From Candidatus Brocadiia bacterium (GTDB lineage: Bacteria; Planctomycetota; Brocadiia; SM23-32): a DNA stretch of 64,000 nucleotides. Where the stretch lies: NCBI GenBank assembly GCA_046538485.1, contig JBKHIT010000017.1, positions 1 through 64,000 of the forward strand, given 5' to 3'. Below the pieces are notes generated by a model. That model ran no database searches, was not told the origin of the DNA, and was given only the letters and a program-made list of their open reading frames with translations. Below, one piece after another: positions 19,462 through 30,441 of the stretch; within the stretch, counting starts at the first letter, position 1, and each line of letters starts with the position of its first letter. The position numbers were made by a program, and so were the translations under genes.

Positions 19462-20448
19462 ATGGCTGAAGAAATCCGAGTTGGTATTATTGGATGCGGT
19501 GGTATTGCCAATGGCCACATTGGTAGACTGATCTCCATTCCGGAAGCAAAGATAACGGGTCTGATGGATATCGATCCCAAGAGGCTTCAGGCGGCAGCAC
19601 AACGTTTCCCGGAGATAGCGGACGTTCCGGTGTTTGAAAACCACAAGGAAATGATCGAGGAGCTCGATCTGGACGCTACGGTCATCTGCTCTCCTCATTT
19701 CATTCATACGGAGCAAATTCTTGACAGCCTCAATGCAGGCCTCCATGTTCTCACCGAAAAACCGATGGTCTGTAGCATCGAAGAAGCAAGAAAGGTCCGG
19801 GAAGCCGAAGAAACGGCGGGCACAGTGCTCGGCATTTCATATCAGCGCCACACCCAGGCCGAATATCAGTTTGTCCGCGATCAAATAGCATCCGGTGAAA
19901 CCGGAGACGTTATGTTTGTCGGAGCGTTGCAGGGACAGGCGTGGCTGTACAACACCAGAGGAACATGGCGACAGTCTCTGGAGAAGTCATGCGGTGGCCA
20001 GCTGAACGATTCAGGAAGCCACTTGATCGATATAATCCTTTGGATGACAGGTCTGGCAGTCGAAGAAGTAACCTCTGAGATCCATAATCGCGGCACCGAA
20101 GTTGATATCGACAGCGCAGTCTCAATGAGATTCAAGAACGGCGCCGTCGGCACTCTAAGCGTTATCGGAAGCTGTCCGGTCTGGTGGGAAGATATTACAA
20201 TTACCTGCAGTGAATGGGCTTTCTTTTTGCGTCAGGGACAACCCCTTACCTACACAACAGGGCGCCAGGGAGAAACCCATACCGTAAGCGGTTTCACGTA
20301 CGGTTCCGAATCGCCCGATCACAATTTCATCGATGCGATATTGGGGCGTGATGATATCCTTGCTCCGAGCATTTGCGGTTTACGAACAATCGAAGTCACC
20401 GAAGCCGCCTGGAAAAGTGCTGAGCAAGGGGAACCATTTCAGCTCTAA
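19462..20448 (+). CDS. Gfo/Idh/MocA family oxidoreductase
   Basis: GIIGCGGIA, HVLTEKPM, GGQLNDSGSHLID. Confidence 0.92.
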   Translation: MAEEIRVGIIGCGGIANGHIGRLISIPEAKITGLMDIDPKRLQAAAQRFPEIADVPVFENHKEMIEELDLDATVICSPHFIHTEQILDSLNAGLHVLTEKPMVCSIEEARKVREAEETAGTVLGISYQRHTQAEYQFVRDQIASGETGDVMFVGALQGQAWLYNTRGTWRQSLEKSCGGQLNDSGSHLIDIILWMTGLAVEEVTSEIHNRGTEVDIDSAVSMRFKNGAVGTLSVIGSCPVWWEDITITCSEWAFFLRQGQPLTYTTGRQGETHTVSGFTYGSESPDHNFIDAILGRDDILAPSICGLRTIEVTEAAWKSAEQGEPFQL

Positions 20449-20526
20449 AAGATCGCTTCACCGGTAAAGATTAAAGCTTTTGGTCAGTAGCCCTTTTCGC
20501 GGAATAATTTGTTGCACAAACAGGGT

Positions 20527-20555
20527 TTGACGGCCCTGAAATCGCGCGATATACT
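20527..20555 (+). promoter_or_regulatory. Sigma70-type promoter for purD
   Basis: TTGACG-17 bp-TATACT. Confidence 0.55.
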
Positions 20556-20623
20556 GGCCTCCTTAAACTTTTACAAAAATAAAACTGGGCTTTCCCAGCG
20601 AATTCTTTGATGGGGTGCTCCCG

Positions 20624-21898
20624 ATGAAAGTACTGGTTGTTGGAGGTGGCGGACGCGAACATGCCCTGGTGTATAAAATTGCCGAATCTCCGCTGGTAGA
20701 CAAAATTTATTGTGCGCCCGGCAACGCAGGGATCGCACAGCTGGCCGAATGTGTATCAATTAAATCCACCGAAATATCTTTCCTTCGCAAGTTTGCCGTG
20801 CAAAACGAAGTAGATCTCACTGTGGTGGGTCCGGAAGCGCCACTTTGCGCGGGAATAGTCGATTCTTTCCAGGCAAAAGGCCTCAGAATTTTCGGTCCTG
20901 ATCAAAAAGCAGCTCGGATCGAAGGTAGCAAAGTGTTCGCAAAAAAGCTCATGGATAGGCATGGGATACCAACAGCGACTTTCCGCACATTCGACTCACC
21001 GGATCGCGCAAAAGCCTACATCAAAATGGTCGGTGCTCCCATCGTTGTGAAAGCCGACGGGCTGGCTGGTGGGAAAGCAGCCATCGTCTGCGATAGCGAA
21101 GAGAAAGCCATCGAGGCCGTCAACAGAATCATGATTGAGGGAGAATTCGGCAGCGCCGGTGAACACCTCGTCGTCGAAGAATGTCTCAATGGTGAAGAAG
21201 CCAGCATGTTGGCGTTCACGGACGGGCGAACGATCGCTATTTTGCCCTCTTCTCAGGACCATAAAGCGGCCTACGACGGTGATAAAGGTCCGAATACCGG
21301 TGGAATGGGCGCATACAGCCCCGCACCAGTCGTGACCCAACACCTGGAAAAAGAAGTTGAACGCGAGGTTATTGTCCAGACCGTCCATGCTATGAATCGA
21401 GAGGAACGTCCCTATAAAGGGGTCCTCTACGCGGGGCTGATGATCGAAGAAGAGGCCCCAAAGGTCCTTGAATTCAACTGTCGTCTTGGCGACCCCGAAA
21501 TGCAACCGCTTGCAATGCGTCTTAAAAGTGATATCGTACCAATTCTCATCGCTACAATCGAAGAAAATCTGGATGAAATGGAGATCGAATGGCACGACGG
21601 TGCGGCGCTCTGTGTCGTTATGGCCTCAGGCGGATATCCCCAAACATATGAAAAGGGCAAACGCATTACAGGCCTGGCTGACGCCGAAAAACTCGACGAT
21701 GTGGTGGTTTTCCACAGTGGGACACGTGAGGAAAACGGAAAGATCTACACCGATGGGGGACGCGTCCTCGGGATAACCGCACGCGCCGAAAGTATTGCGA
21801 AGGCCAAACAAAAAGCCTACGATGCCGTCGATATGATCCACTTCGAAGACGCCCACTATCGAACCGACATCGGTGCTAAAGCCATTGGCCGCGGGTAG
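20624..21898 (+). CDS. purD: Phosphoribosylamine-glycine ligase
   Basis: GGGGREHAL, VVKADGLAGGK, QDHK..DGDKGPNTGGMGAYSP, EFNCRLGDPE. Confidence 0.97.
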   Translation: MKVLVVGGGGREHALVYKIAESPLVDKIYCAPGNAGIAQLAECVSIKSTEISFLRKFAVQNEVDLTVVGPEAPLCAGIVDSFQAKGLRIFGPDQKAARIEGSKVFAKKLMDRHGIPTATFRTFDSPDRAKAYIKMVGAPIVVKADGLAGGKAAIVCDSEEKAIEAVNRIMIEGEFGSAGEHLVVEECLNGEEASMLAFTDGRTIAILPSSQDHKAAYDGDKGPNTGGMGAYSPAPVVTQHLEKEVEREVIVQTVHAMNREERPYKGVLYAGLMIEEEAPKVLEFNCRLGDPEMQPLAMRLKSDIVPILIATIEENLDEMEIEWHDGAALCVVMASGGYPQTYEKGKRITGLADAEKLDDVVVFHSGTREENGKIYTDGGRVLGITARAESIAKAKQKAYDAVDMIHFEDAHYRTDIGAKAIGRG

Positions 21899-21960
21899 AA
21901 CAATACTTTAACTCGCACCAGCCCCTCTGAACGATCACTGATTCCGTTGAAAACCGGTGA

Positions 21961-24093
21961 TCACGTGTCGTCGACCACAAGGTATAGATCGGCAAATTCC
22001 CAGGCGAACAGGCGGTAAACTTCAGCACAAATTGCTTTCCGGTTCCGACGCAAATCTCGATCATCAACGTTTACAAATACTTCCTCAAAAAATTCGTGAA
22101 CCGGTCCCGCAAATATTTGACAGTATCTTTCGGCCGTTCCTTTGTATTCCGCTTCCGCAAAACCTGCCCTGATAGCCTCCGCATTCTTGTCTAAGCGGTC
22201 CACTATATCTTTCTCTTCCGCCTCTTCAAGCAACTCATGATCTATCTCCAAGGGCTCTTCAAGATCCTTCTGGATGCGGCATGTTCGATCCACCAGTTCG
22301 ACAAGATCGGGCCACCATTCCAGATCTTCTAATTGTTCGAGAGCTTCCAGCCGTTCCCAGAAAAGGTAGATATTCCAATTAAGCCCATCGCGGGGCACCT
22401 CAAAATCAAACCCGGCTGCCAGCACGGAACGCACTTGATCGTGACGGTAGCCATTCTCAACAGCCGCGTGATACAAACGGTCGCGGAAGAACTCCATAAC
22501 CTGCTCAAACGGCACCTCAATACCGTCTCCGGAGAACTGTCCGCCCTGCTCATCGAGAACATCCACCGCTGTGCTCACAAGGTCTGAAAGTTGCGCCTCT
22601 ATCTGCTGAGAGTAAAGGATTCGCATAACGGCCAGCGCATTTCTCCTGAGACCGTAGGGATCCTGGTTTCCAGTTGGCAGTTCCCCCAGCGCAAAACACC
22701 CGACGATTACATCGAGCTTGTCGGCAATCGCAAGTGCACAGCCCTCCACGGTTTTCGGCGGTTCGTCGCTTGCCCCGGTTGGACGGTAATGATCGCTGAT
22801 CGCCTGCACGACGGGTTCGGCTTCGCCCTCTTCACGGGCCAGTTCCCCTCCTACAGCGCCCTGGAGGCCGGGAAATTCTCCCACGAGATCCGTCAAAAGA
22901 TCCGCTTTGCATAAAGTGGCTGCACGGCGAACGTGTTTGTTCTGTTCCTCTGTTACTCCCATGCTCCCAGCAATCAGCTCGGCCAGATCACGCAACCGTT
23001 TCGTGCGCTGCAAATTATCTCCGAGCCCGCCGAGGTATCTAACGTTGACAAGATCATCGACACGATCTTCAAGCCTGATCTTCCGGTCTTCATCCCAAAA
23101 AAACCGCGCGTCCGCAAGCCGAGCGCGGAGGACACGTTCATTGCCCTCCCGGACGGTTTCACTCTGTTTTTCGGTGCGGTTGGACACCACGACAAATCGA
23201 TTTTCCATCTCCCCACGATCATTCCAGACGGGAAAGTAACGCTGGTGTTTGGTCATCGCAGCGGCCAGAACACTGTCCGGTGTTTCAAGAAATTCCTCAT
23301 CGAATGCTCCCGCCACCGCGTGCGGATACTCAACAAGATTAGCCACTTCTTCGAGCAAATCCGGATCCGGATTAAGCGCCCCGAGATTTTCGACCTGTTT
23401 TTGGATCAGTTCTCGGCGCTGCTGAAAACCAACCAGCACAAATTGCTCTTCCAAAACGGAACGATATTTCTCCAGAGAAGCGTCTTCCAATTCGACAGGT
23501 TCTGGAGCAAGAAAGGGATGTCCGTACGTCTTTCGGCCGGCCTGCAAACCAGCGATTCTGAGGGGCAGAACCGACTTTCCCATGATTGCTACCAACCAGC
23601 GTATGGGCCGGGCAAAACGTATGCCTTCTTCTCCATCCGACGGCAGGGGCCAGCGCATTGATCTGGGGAACCCAATCTGTTCTGTCGCTTGTTTCAGCAC
23701 AGACGGAAGGACCTCCAGTGCTTTCGCTCCCTCCTGTTCCAGGACAGCGAAAACATATTTACCCTTATCGGTTTCCCGGGTGATAAGGTCCTGGACACTG
23801 ACCTTCTGTGCCCGGGCGAAACCTTTCGCCGCATTTGTCGGTTTACCAGTGTCATCGAATGCAACTTTGGCCGGTGGGCCGGGGATTTCTTTGCGTGCTG
23901 CCAGCTGGGCCTCAGGCACTCCGTTAACCCACGCCGTCAGCCTGCGAGGTGTGCCCGCGGTGATAATCTCTTTGGGCTCAAGCCGTTTCTCTGCCAGACC
24001 GCTCTCAAGTAGCTCCGTCAAGTGGGTAAGGGCTGGCCGGATGTATCCGGCTGGTATTTCTTCGGTCCCAATCTCGAAAAGAAGATCGTTCAT
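21961..24093 (-). CDS. glyS: Glycine--tRNA ligase beta subunit
   Basis: LLFEIGTEEIP, TPRRL, FARPIRW, HQRYFP, GNERVLRARLADARFF, DPYGLRR. Confidence 0.95.
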   Translation of the reverse strand: MNDLLFEIGTEEIPAGYIRPALTHLTELLESGLAEKRLEPKEIITAGTPRRLTAWVNGVPEAQLAARKEIPGPPAKVAFDDTGKPTNAAKGFARAQKVSVQDLITRETDKGKYVFAVLEQEGAKALEVLPSVLKQATEQIGFPRSMRWPLPSDGEEGIRFARPIRWLVAIMGKSVLPLRIAGLQAGRKTYGHPFLAPEPVELEDASLEKYRSVLEEQFVLVGFQQRRELIQKQVENLGALNPDPDLLEEVANLVEYPHAVAGAFDEEFLETPDSVLAAAMTKHQRYFPVWNDRGEMENRFVVVSNRTEKQSETVREGNERVLRARLADARFFWDEDRKIRLEDRVDDLVNVRYLGGLGDNLQRTKRLRDLAELIAGSMGVTEEQNKHVRRAATLCKADLLTDLVGEFPGLQGAVGGELAREEGEAEPVVQAISDHYRPTGASDEPPKTVEGCALAIADKLDVIVGCFALGELPTGNQDPYGLRRNALAVMRILYSQQIEAQLSDLVSTAVDVLDEQGGQFSGDGIEVPFEQVMEFFRDRLYHAAVENGYRHDQVRSVLAAGFDFEVPRDGLNWNIYLFWERLEALEQLEDLEWWPDLVELVDRTCRIQKDLEEPLEIDHELLEEAEEKDIVDRLDKNAEAIRAGFAEAEYKGTAERYCQIFAGPVHEFFEEVFVNVDDRDLRRNRKAICAEVYRLFAWEFADLYLVVDDT

Positions 24094-24133
24094 AAGCGTG
24101 GCCAATTCACTGAGGTATTCGGGAAAAAAGCGA

Positions 24134-24607
24134 CTACATTGGCATACCCGTAACTTCCCCCTCAAATATCAGTTTATCATCAACAAAGCCCTGGCAGTCA
24201 AACACTGCCCTCCGTGATCGCAGATCGGTGTTTTTCGCAACCAGAATCAGTCTTTCGCCCGGTTCCACCTGCCCTCGAAACTTTACATTGTTGAGCGCGC
24301 CGAATCCGAGGAACTTTTCTGTCTCCATCGCTTTCTTATAATAATAGGTACAGAGTTGTGCGGCAGCTTCACACATTAAAACCCCGGGCAGAAGCGGCCG
24401 GTCCGGTATGTGGCCACGGACCCAGAATTCGTCGTCTGTAACATCCTTGAATCCGACCACAACTTTCTCATCGGGGTTAAAAAAAATAATCCCGTCAAGC
24501 TGTTCGAACTCGTAGCGTTGGGGATTGCATTCCCGAATTCCCTCCGGGCCATCTTCAATCTTTCCAAGATCGATATCATCAAGATCCACAAGCGGCTTGG
24601 GCGGCAT
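24134..24607 (-). CDS. 3-hydroxyacyl-ACP dehydratase, FabZ/FabA family
   Basis: NPQRYEF, FWVRGHIP.RPLLPGVLMCEAAAQ hotdog-fold motif. Confidence 0.88.
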   Translation of the reverse strand: MPPKPLVDLDDIDLGKIEDGPEGIRECNPQRYEFEQLDGIIFFNPDEKVVVGFKDVTDDEFWVRGHIPDRPLLPGVLMCEAAAQLCTYYYKKAMETEKFLGFGALNNVKFRGQVEPGERLILVAKNTDLRSRRAVFDCQGFVDDKLIFEGEVTGMPM

Positions 24608-24876
24608 CAGAATTCCTTTCGCAGAACAAGTGATTATCCAGACCTCTACCTACCAATTTGCCGATAGAGGCGAAACCAGGCGCATACATCAATTCCTGCG
24701 AGTTGCAATATTTGCAGAGGATCTTCAGGTGCCCTGTTATTCTGAATGGTTTTGCCCCTCCGTCGGCGCGGCACAAATGATCCTCATGTCGGATTTTGTC
24801 TACACTTGAAACGGACTATCAGCGGAAAGAATTGTACCCTTTTGGGGCAATTTAAGTCAAGGTCGAGGCCTATTCA

Positions 24877-26232
24877 TCACTCCGCTTCTTTCATACCAGA
24901 TTCGTGGCCGGGTCCATATTTTTCAGGCCCCTTCTCTTTTTTATCCGTGTTAACAAGAGATTTCCCGGCGATCAGTTTCTCAAGCTCGGCCGCGATATCT
25001 TGGGCACTGCCTGGCTCGATCCCGGAATGGATAGCCTGCACCGTCCCATCTTTTCCGATAATAACGAGATACGGAACGGGCCACACCAGGTATTTTTTGG
25101 CAATTTTTTCTTCCTCATCGAGCGCCACTTTTAAATCAAAACCTGTTCTCTCCAGGAAGTTCTTAACTCTTTCAGGAGATTCGGCTGGATTGATCGCATA
25201 GACCACGACTCCTTTTTCTCGGTACTTCTCAGCCATTTTTGATAAGACTGGCAAAGCGCGGTAACAACTTTTTGAACTGGTAACCCAAAATAGCAGGCAG
25301 ACGACATGTTTACCGGTATGACTGGACAGCTTTAATTGAGTTCCATCCAGCATATTGAGTTCGAATTTCGGTGCCGGTCGCCCCAGCATCTTTTTTCTCT
25401 CTTTCTTGCGCCTGGCGGCCTTTTCCTTCCGCAATGCTTTGAAATCGATAGCATCGTCCGGTGGGTTAAAGGTAAACTGGTCGTCCTCGAATTCCGGATT
25501 CAGTTCCCAGTTTTCAAAAAGAAAGGTCATGCTTACCTTTGGTTTTTTGCCGGTCGCGCTTTTTTTAACAAGCCGAGCCATATCGACTTCGATTTTCCTG
25601 ACAACAGGATTCTCAGCGGCTTTCACCCACATTTCCCAATCCAACGTCTTACCTGTGAACTTCATATGATGAGACTTACTTTCGTCATCGACTTCAAGCC
25701 CGACGTACTGACCCGTCTTCGCATTTTTCATCAGATATTCGTACGGTTTGCTCACCATACCAAATGCAGGAGATGGTCCCCTGGGACCAAGCGGGCTTAC
25801 AAGAAGTTCGTTCAAAGGCGATTCTCCCGAAAACAGTCTATCGATGGATTTCGGAGCTTTGTCACTTCTGTAAATCTTCTCCAAAGGTTGATATAAATGG
25901 AGGCGTTCGCCATCGTAGATAAACCGTGTTTTTTCGGGAGCCGTCTCTTCGCAAATGTAGAGCCGATTCGGTTTTTGTACAGCGATGGCAATAGAGCCCT
26001 CGCTGCTCTGTTCTTGGTCTTCACTTTTTATACTCATGGAAATTTTTTGGTTAACAGCAAAACCATCAAGTTTCGCGTAAAAATCAGCGATCTTGTGCAT
26101 AAGCCGGCTGACTTTCGGATCGATTTTTTCGTCCGGCCCCGGCTTCTTTGTCGCGGTTAGGGCCGCATCCGTCATCAAAAACGCAATAAAAGCAAACACA
26201 ACGAACAAAACTGGCGTCTGGAAATTTTTCAT
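24877..26232 (-). CDS. Exported DUF2092 (LolA-like) plus TlpA/redoxin fusion with degenerate CxxC
   Basis: Signal peptide; QKPNRL/YDGERL/WEMWV; redoxin APKFEL..FWVTSSKSC..VPYLVIIGKDG. Confidence 0.75.
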   Translation of the reverse strand: MKNFQTPVLFVVFAFIAFLMTDAALTATKKPGPDEKIDPKVSRLMHKIADFYAKLDGFAVNQKISMSIKSEDQEQSSEGSIAIAVQKPNRLYICEETAPEKTRFIYDGERLHLYQPLEKIYRSDKAPKSIDRLFSGESPLNELLVSPLGPRGPSPAFGMVSKPYEYLMKNAKTGQYVGLEVDDESKSHHMKFTGKTLDWEMWVKAAENPVVRKIEVDMARLVKKSATGKKPKVSMTFLFENWELNPEFEDDQFTFNPPDDAIDFKALRKEKAARRKKERKKMLGRPAPKFELNMLDGTQLKLSSHTGKHVVCLLFWVTSSKSCYRALPVLSKMAEKYREKGVVVYAINPAESPERVKNFLERTGFDLKVALDEEEKIAKKYLVWPVPYLVIIGKDGTVQAIHSGIEPGSAQDIAAELEKLIAGKSLVNTDKKEKGPEKYGPGHESGMKEAE

Positions 26233-26355
26233 TCCACACTCCTGTAGAAACGAAAAGCACAAATAATTTGCACTTCCGGGGAAAAATGGAAACGAGAATG
26301 CCGCCCTGGAACGGCATTCTAAGTAATCACGAACATAGCGTAATCCGGCCGGTCC

Positions 26356-28221
26356 TCAGTTTCCCTCTGGGAAAGGCCACCAGGTCTTGGAAATCATTCC
26401 ATCTTTCTCCCACCTGCCGGTAATTGACCCGGCTGAGAGATACTTTTCAACCGTTTTGAATTCCGGGAGATCGATTTCAATTTCTTGCTCCGGCAGCGCG
26501 TCAAAGAACGACCAAATCCATTTTGCCATTGGCCGCGTATCGGCATAAGCTACCATTGAAGGGCGCTCAAGCATATGCGACAGCCCCCTCTGAAACTTAT
26601 CGTTATTCAGCAGCGGGCTCTGCCCGCGCGTGCTTGACCGAATAGCTTGTTTTATCAGAGACGGGCTTGTTGTAATAATAAGGCGATTGTTGACAAACGC
26701 AAAGCAGATCTGAAAAGACGGCATTTCAACGCCGTTTCCTACCGTTCCGCCACCTAATCGGGGCGCCTGGTAGATCTCTTTGCCTTTGAATTCAATGCTG
26801 CTGAGTTTGCCCTGCATCTGAGGGAACGCCATGATTTTTTGGATTGTTCCCCCCAACGTAGCAACATCCTTCATATCGCACACGAACATGAGATTCAAAA
26901 ACTTTGGCGGATTCGGACTTATGAGTTCGGCCGGTACGTAAACGAACCAGTGGGTACCAAGCGTATTTATCAGATCCTTTTCAACATGGATTGGGCTTTG
27001 CGGATTATTGAGATTCTGTTCGATCTGCCCATGCATCTGGGGATTAATCCTTTTAATGGCGGCTTTAATTTCCTGCCAAAACACCGGCACATCGAAATAT
27101 CCGCCTGCAAACAACGCGGCATCTCTATCCACAAATACAGGCGGTTTCACATTGGCTTTGCTCCCTGGATCGATAGCGCGCAAGAGCCCGTTGTGCGGAG
27201 AAGTTACTTTGAGAAAAGACTCGTTGTATATTCCCTCTTCCATAATCTGTGTCTTGCTGATCTGGCCTTTTATGTTTGTTATCCCCAGTTCAGATACAAA
27301 TTCCCCGACAGAGAAACCATTCTGCCTTCCATCAGCGGGCTCGAACATTTTCCACATCGGCTGCATATTTTGAAACGTCAGATAATCAGCCTTTCCTGTA
27401 AGCCGCAGCTTGAGTTCCTCATAAAGTTCATTCTGTTTCAAAGACGGGATATTGCCGCCTTCACGGAGCACGAGATGGCGTTCCAGTAAGCTCCGATCAC
27501 TGCCGGTCGCTATCACCATAATTCCATTGCTGATATTAACATAGCAATCATAGCTTTGCTGAGCAGCGGAATCCGACTCCGACTCCTCCATCATCTTACG
27601 CAATTCGGGGTCGAGATCCTTCAGCTTTTCGTCGGAAACTTTCCCGCCCTGTGCTGGCGTTATGACAATATGTTGTATCTTATAATCCCTGAATGTTTCA
27701 GTCTTTACCTTGATCTGTTTTTCTTTTTTCGCTCTCAACAACAGCCGACCTAATAGCTGGTTTGCGGCCTGCTCTTTCCCGTCAACCTCGATCAAAATCA
27801 GGACCCATGTATCACCGAAACTCTGCGGTTTCCTTCGGCTAAAAGGATTTGCCACCGCATCAATTGATCCCGCAGCAAACTGACGTTTCATTGCAAGGGC
27901 AATCCGCCCTGTAGGCAAGTCAGAAAAATCTTCCAGCTTGACACCGACCTGTTTCCTGAATTCTGACAGCTGTTCGTCCAATTTCGAGCTGATGCTATCA
28001 ACCATCCCCTTAAATTCTTCTTCCTCAATGATACTGCCGTACGGACTTTTCTTGAGTTTGGCAACAGTGGTGGGATAACTGTGCATAACAGAATAGTTGG
28101 TAACATCACTCGGGATAAATTGTTCAAATTCCCCGGCGTATAACGGAACAACAGCAAAAACCAGCACAAAAAACAGAACTGCAACTTTATCAACCAGGTT
28201 GAACCTTCTCGTCCTTCGCAT
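26356..28221 (-). CDS. Exported hypothetical protein (DUF3352-like)
   Basis: Long ORF with signal peptide; architecture resembles the N-terminal part of 9537-11804. Confidence 0.55.
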   Translation of the reverse strand: MRRTRRFNLVDKVAVLFFVLVFAVVPLYAGEFEQFIPSDVTNYSVMHSYPTTVAKLKKSPYGSIIEEEEFKGMVDSISSKLDEQLSEFRKQVGVKLEDFSDLPTGRIALAMKRQFAAGSIDAVANPFSRRKPQSFGDTWVLILIEVDGKEQAANQLLGRLLLRAKKEKQIKVKTETFRDYKIQHIVITPAQGGKVSDEKLKDLDPELRKMMEESESDSAAQQSYDCYVNISNGIMVIATGSDRSLLERHLVLREGGNIPSLKQNELYEELKLRLTGKADYLTFQNMQPMWKMFEPADGRQNGFSVGEFVSELGITNIKGQISKTQIMEEGIYNESFLKVTSPHNGLLRAIDPGSKANVKPPVFVDRDAALFAGGYFDVPVFWQEIKAAIKRINPQMHGQIEQNLNNPQSPIHVEKDLINTLGTHWFVYVPAELISPNPPKFLNLMFVCDMKDVATLGGTIQKIMAFPQMQGKLSSIEFKGKEIYQAPRLGGGTVGNGVEMPSFQICFAFVNNRLIITTSPSLIKQAIRSSTRGQSPLLNNDKFQRGLSHMLERPSMVAYADTRPMAKWIWSFFDALPEQEIEIDLPEFKTVEKYLSAGSITGRWEKDGMISKTWWPFPEGN

Positions 28222-29206
28222 CAGAATCTCCTTTCTCGGATTCGTTTGGCGGCTCCAAATAATGGTGACCGGTGTTCGGATTATCTTTGTCGTACGCAAA
28301 AGCATCCCGAAACTTCAAAAAATCCTTGACAAAATTCACCGGAATTGCAAAGCCCATTCCCTCGGACAAAAACCCCATCTTCATATTTGTAACACCGATC
28401 ACCTCTCCTCTCATATTCAAAAGGGGCCCCCCGCTGTTACCTGGATTGATCGGCGCCGTTGTCTGTAGAAGAACCATTCCCTGAAATGCCCGAGCTTTCG
28501 AACTTATAATACCTTCAGAAACACTTCTTTCAAAACCAAGAGGGTTTCCAACCGCAAACGTCTGGTCACCCGTTCTCACTCTATCCATATCTCCAAACGA
28601 AAGACACGTGAGCTTCAGATCTTCCGGTGGAACCAGCTTTAAAAGCGCCAAATCGGCAAAAGGATTCAACGCGACTATTTCAACCTTCTTGATTTTACGC
28701 CGCGTGAGACGTTCCTCGCCCTGCAAAAATAATGTGACCGATATATTCGTCTCTCTTTCAATTACGTGAGCGTTCGTAATTAAATAGCCTTGAGGATGGA
28801 TCAAAAAACCACTTCCCATCCCCGAAGGGGTGCGCACAAGCACAACGCCTTCACCAAATTCTGCTACCAGATCCTGAACCGGTTTTTTCGACCGTTTGGC
28901 TTCCGTGTAAAGAGTCTTCCCCGAAAGAACTTCCTCTGATCCATTCCCACTGTCTTCTTCCGGCTCAGCCTTTTCAACCTTAAGAATTCGGTCGTTCGGA
29001 ATCTCCAAAACAGTGAAACCAATATCCAAAACCGTTACCCTCGCCTTTTTTACCAGGATCTTGCCAGTTACGATATTTCCACTTCGCAAGTAGACGGTTT
29101 CAGCAAATACAAAGCTCGACAATCCCAAAAAAAGTACTGTCCCGACAGAGAATGCCATCAGGATATTGCGCCTGAGCAATCTATTGTTCGATTCGAAATG
29201 CTTCAA
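28190..29206 (-). CDS. Trypsin-like serine protease (S1C/HtrA-like, no PDZ)
   Basis: GSGFLI, ITNAHVI, DLALLK, INPGNSGGPL; signal peptide. Start may be the ATG at 29158. Confidence 0.9.
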   Translation of the reverse strand: MKHFESNNRLLRRNILMAFSVGTVLFLGLSSFVFAETVYLRSGNIVTGKILVKKARVTVLDIGFTVLEIPNDRILKVEKAEPEEDSGNGSEEVLSGKTLYTEAKRSKKPVQDLVAEFGEGVVLVRTPSGMGSGFLIHPQGYLITNAHVIERETNISVTLFLQGEERLTRRKIKKVEIVALNPFADLALLKLVPPEDLKLTCLSFGDMDRVRTGDQTFAVGNPLGFERSVSEGIISSKARAFQGMVLLQTTAPINPGNSGGPLLNMRGEVIGVTNMKMGFLSEGMGFAIPVNFVKDFLKFRDAFAYDKDNPNTGHHYLEPPNESEKGDSDAKDEKVQPG

Positions 29207-29453
29207 AATTCTTCCCGAAACTATCTATGGGGCCCCCGATACAGAAAGACGAAACTACTGAATCACTATACTGTCCGCACTCATTTATTGCAAACTCTGC
29301 ATCATCTCAGTGCGTGAGTGCAACGGGCAGACAACGACTTCCAAAATACGCACAACTCCCTGCCCACTTCATAAAGGCAAAAACTTTAGTTGACAGATGC
29401 CTCTGACCCTTTAATGTATATCTCAACCTGAACACTTCCGGAGAAGTTCTTCC

Positions 29454-30386
29454 GTGAAAATTTTTCTTGATACCGATATCGGGACAGACTCGGATGATGC
29501 CGTCTGCCTGGCTTATCTTCTTCTCCACACCGAATGCGAACTGATGGGGGTGACAACCGTCGGGTTTCAGGCCGATCTGCGGGCCAAAATCGCCGAAAAA
29601 CTCTGCAGCCACTTTGGGCACCCTGAAATCCCCGTCGTCGCCGGAGCCGAATCACCTGTCTTACCCAATCGCTACTGGTGGGGTCACCACGTCAACCAGG
29701 ATGTCATCCTTGATGGTTCTCCGGAACGGGGATCTGGCCGGCCGGCGGATGCCCTCAGCCTGATGGAATCCGTCGTCCGCGAGAATCCCGACGAAATCGC
29801 GCTCCTGACGGTCGGCCCCACGACAAACGCGGCCCTGTTCGCCACCAGCTATCCCGAGACGGCCCGGACACTGAAGGCCATTTACACCATGGGCGGGCGG
29901 CTCGGATATGATCCGGATGAACCCCGGACAGAGTGTAACATCATGCTGGATCCCGCAGCCGCGTGCGCCCTCCTCTCCCGCAAGCTGCCCAATCACACGG
30001 TTTTTCCGGTCAATATAACCGGCCCCCTCCATCTCACGGGGGAAGAAGCAGAAACCCTCTTCGATGGCGAAATATTCGATCCCCTGCGACAGTGCTGCGG
30101 GGCCTGGAACGAACAGAAGAAATCGGATGGCACGGGTCTCCACGACCCCTTCACCGCCGCCTGCCTCCTCGAGCCCAACCTCTGCACCTGCCAGCGGGGC
30201 AGAATGGGGATCAAACTCGCCAATTACGACCTGTCGCGAGGTTTCGAACTCGAGAAGGATCGGATTACGGGATGGACGTACTTCGATGCCGACCCGGATG
30301 GCCCGCACCGGGTCGCTATTGATAGCGATAAGAAACGATTTCACAAACACCTCAACAAGATATTCTCGGAAGCAAGGAACAAGTAA
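29454..30386 (+). CDS. Nucleoside hydrolase (IU-NH family)
   Basis: DTDIGTDSDDA, VGPTTN, MGG, ECNIMLDP, LHDP. Confidence 0.88.
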   Translation: MKIFLDTDIGTDSDDAVCLAYLLLHTECELMGVTTVGFQADLRAKIAEKLCSHFGHPEIPVVAGAESPVLPNRYWWGHHVNQDVILDGSPERGSGRPADALSLMESVVRENPDEIALLTVGPTTNAALFATSYPETARTLKAIYTMGGRLGYDPDEPRTECNIMLDPAAACALLSRKLPNHTVFPVNITGPLHLTGEEAETLFDGEIFDPLRQCCGAWNEQKKSDGTGLHDPFTAACLLEPNLCTCQRGRMGIKLANYDLSRGFELEKDRITGWTYFDADPDGPHRVAIDSDKKRFHKHLNKIFSEARNK

Positions 30387-30407
30387 CCACACTGACCCTA
30401 ACCCGTT

Positions 30408-30441
30408 TTTCTCAGTGTACCGTGAAAGGCACACTGAGAAA
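30408..30441. terminator. Stem-loop after the nucleoside hydrolase gene
   Basis: 11-bp inverted repeat tttctcagtgt/acactgagaaa. Confidence 0.4.

Noticed and set aside
21961..24093. glyS without an adjacent glyQ
   Set aside because: Split locations are common; glyQ is probably elsewhere in the genome.
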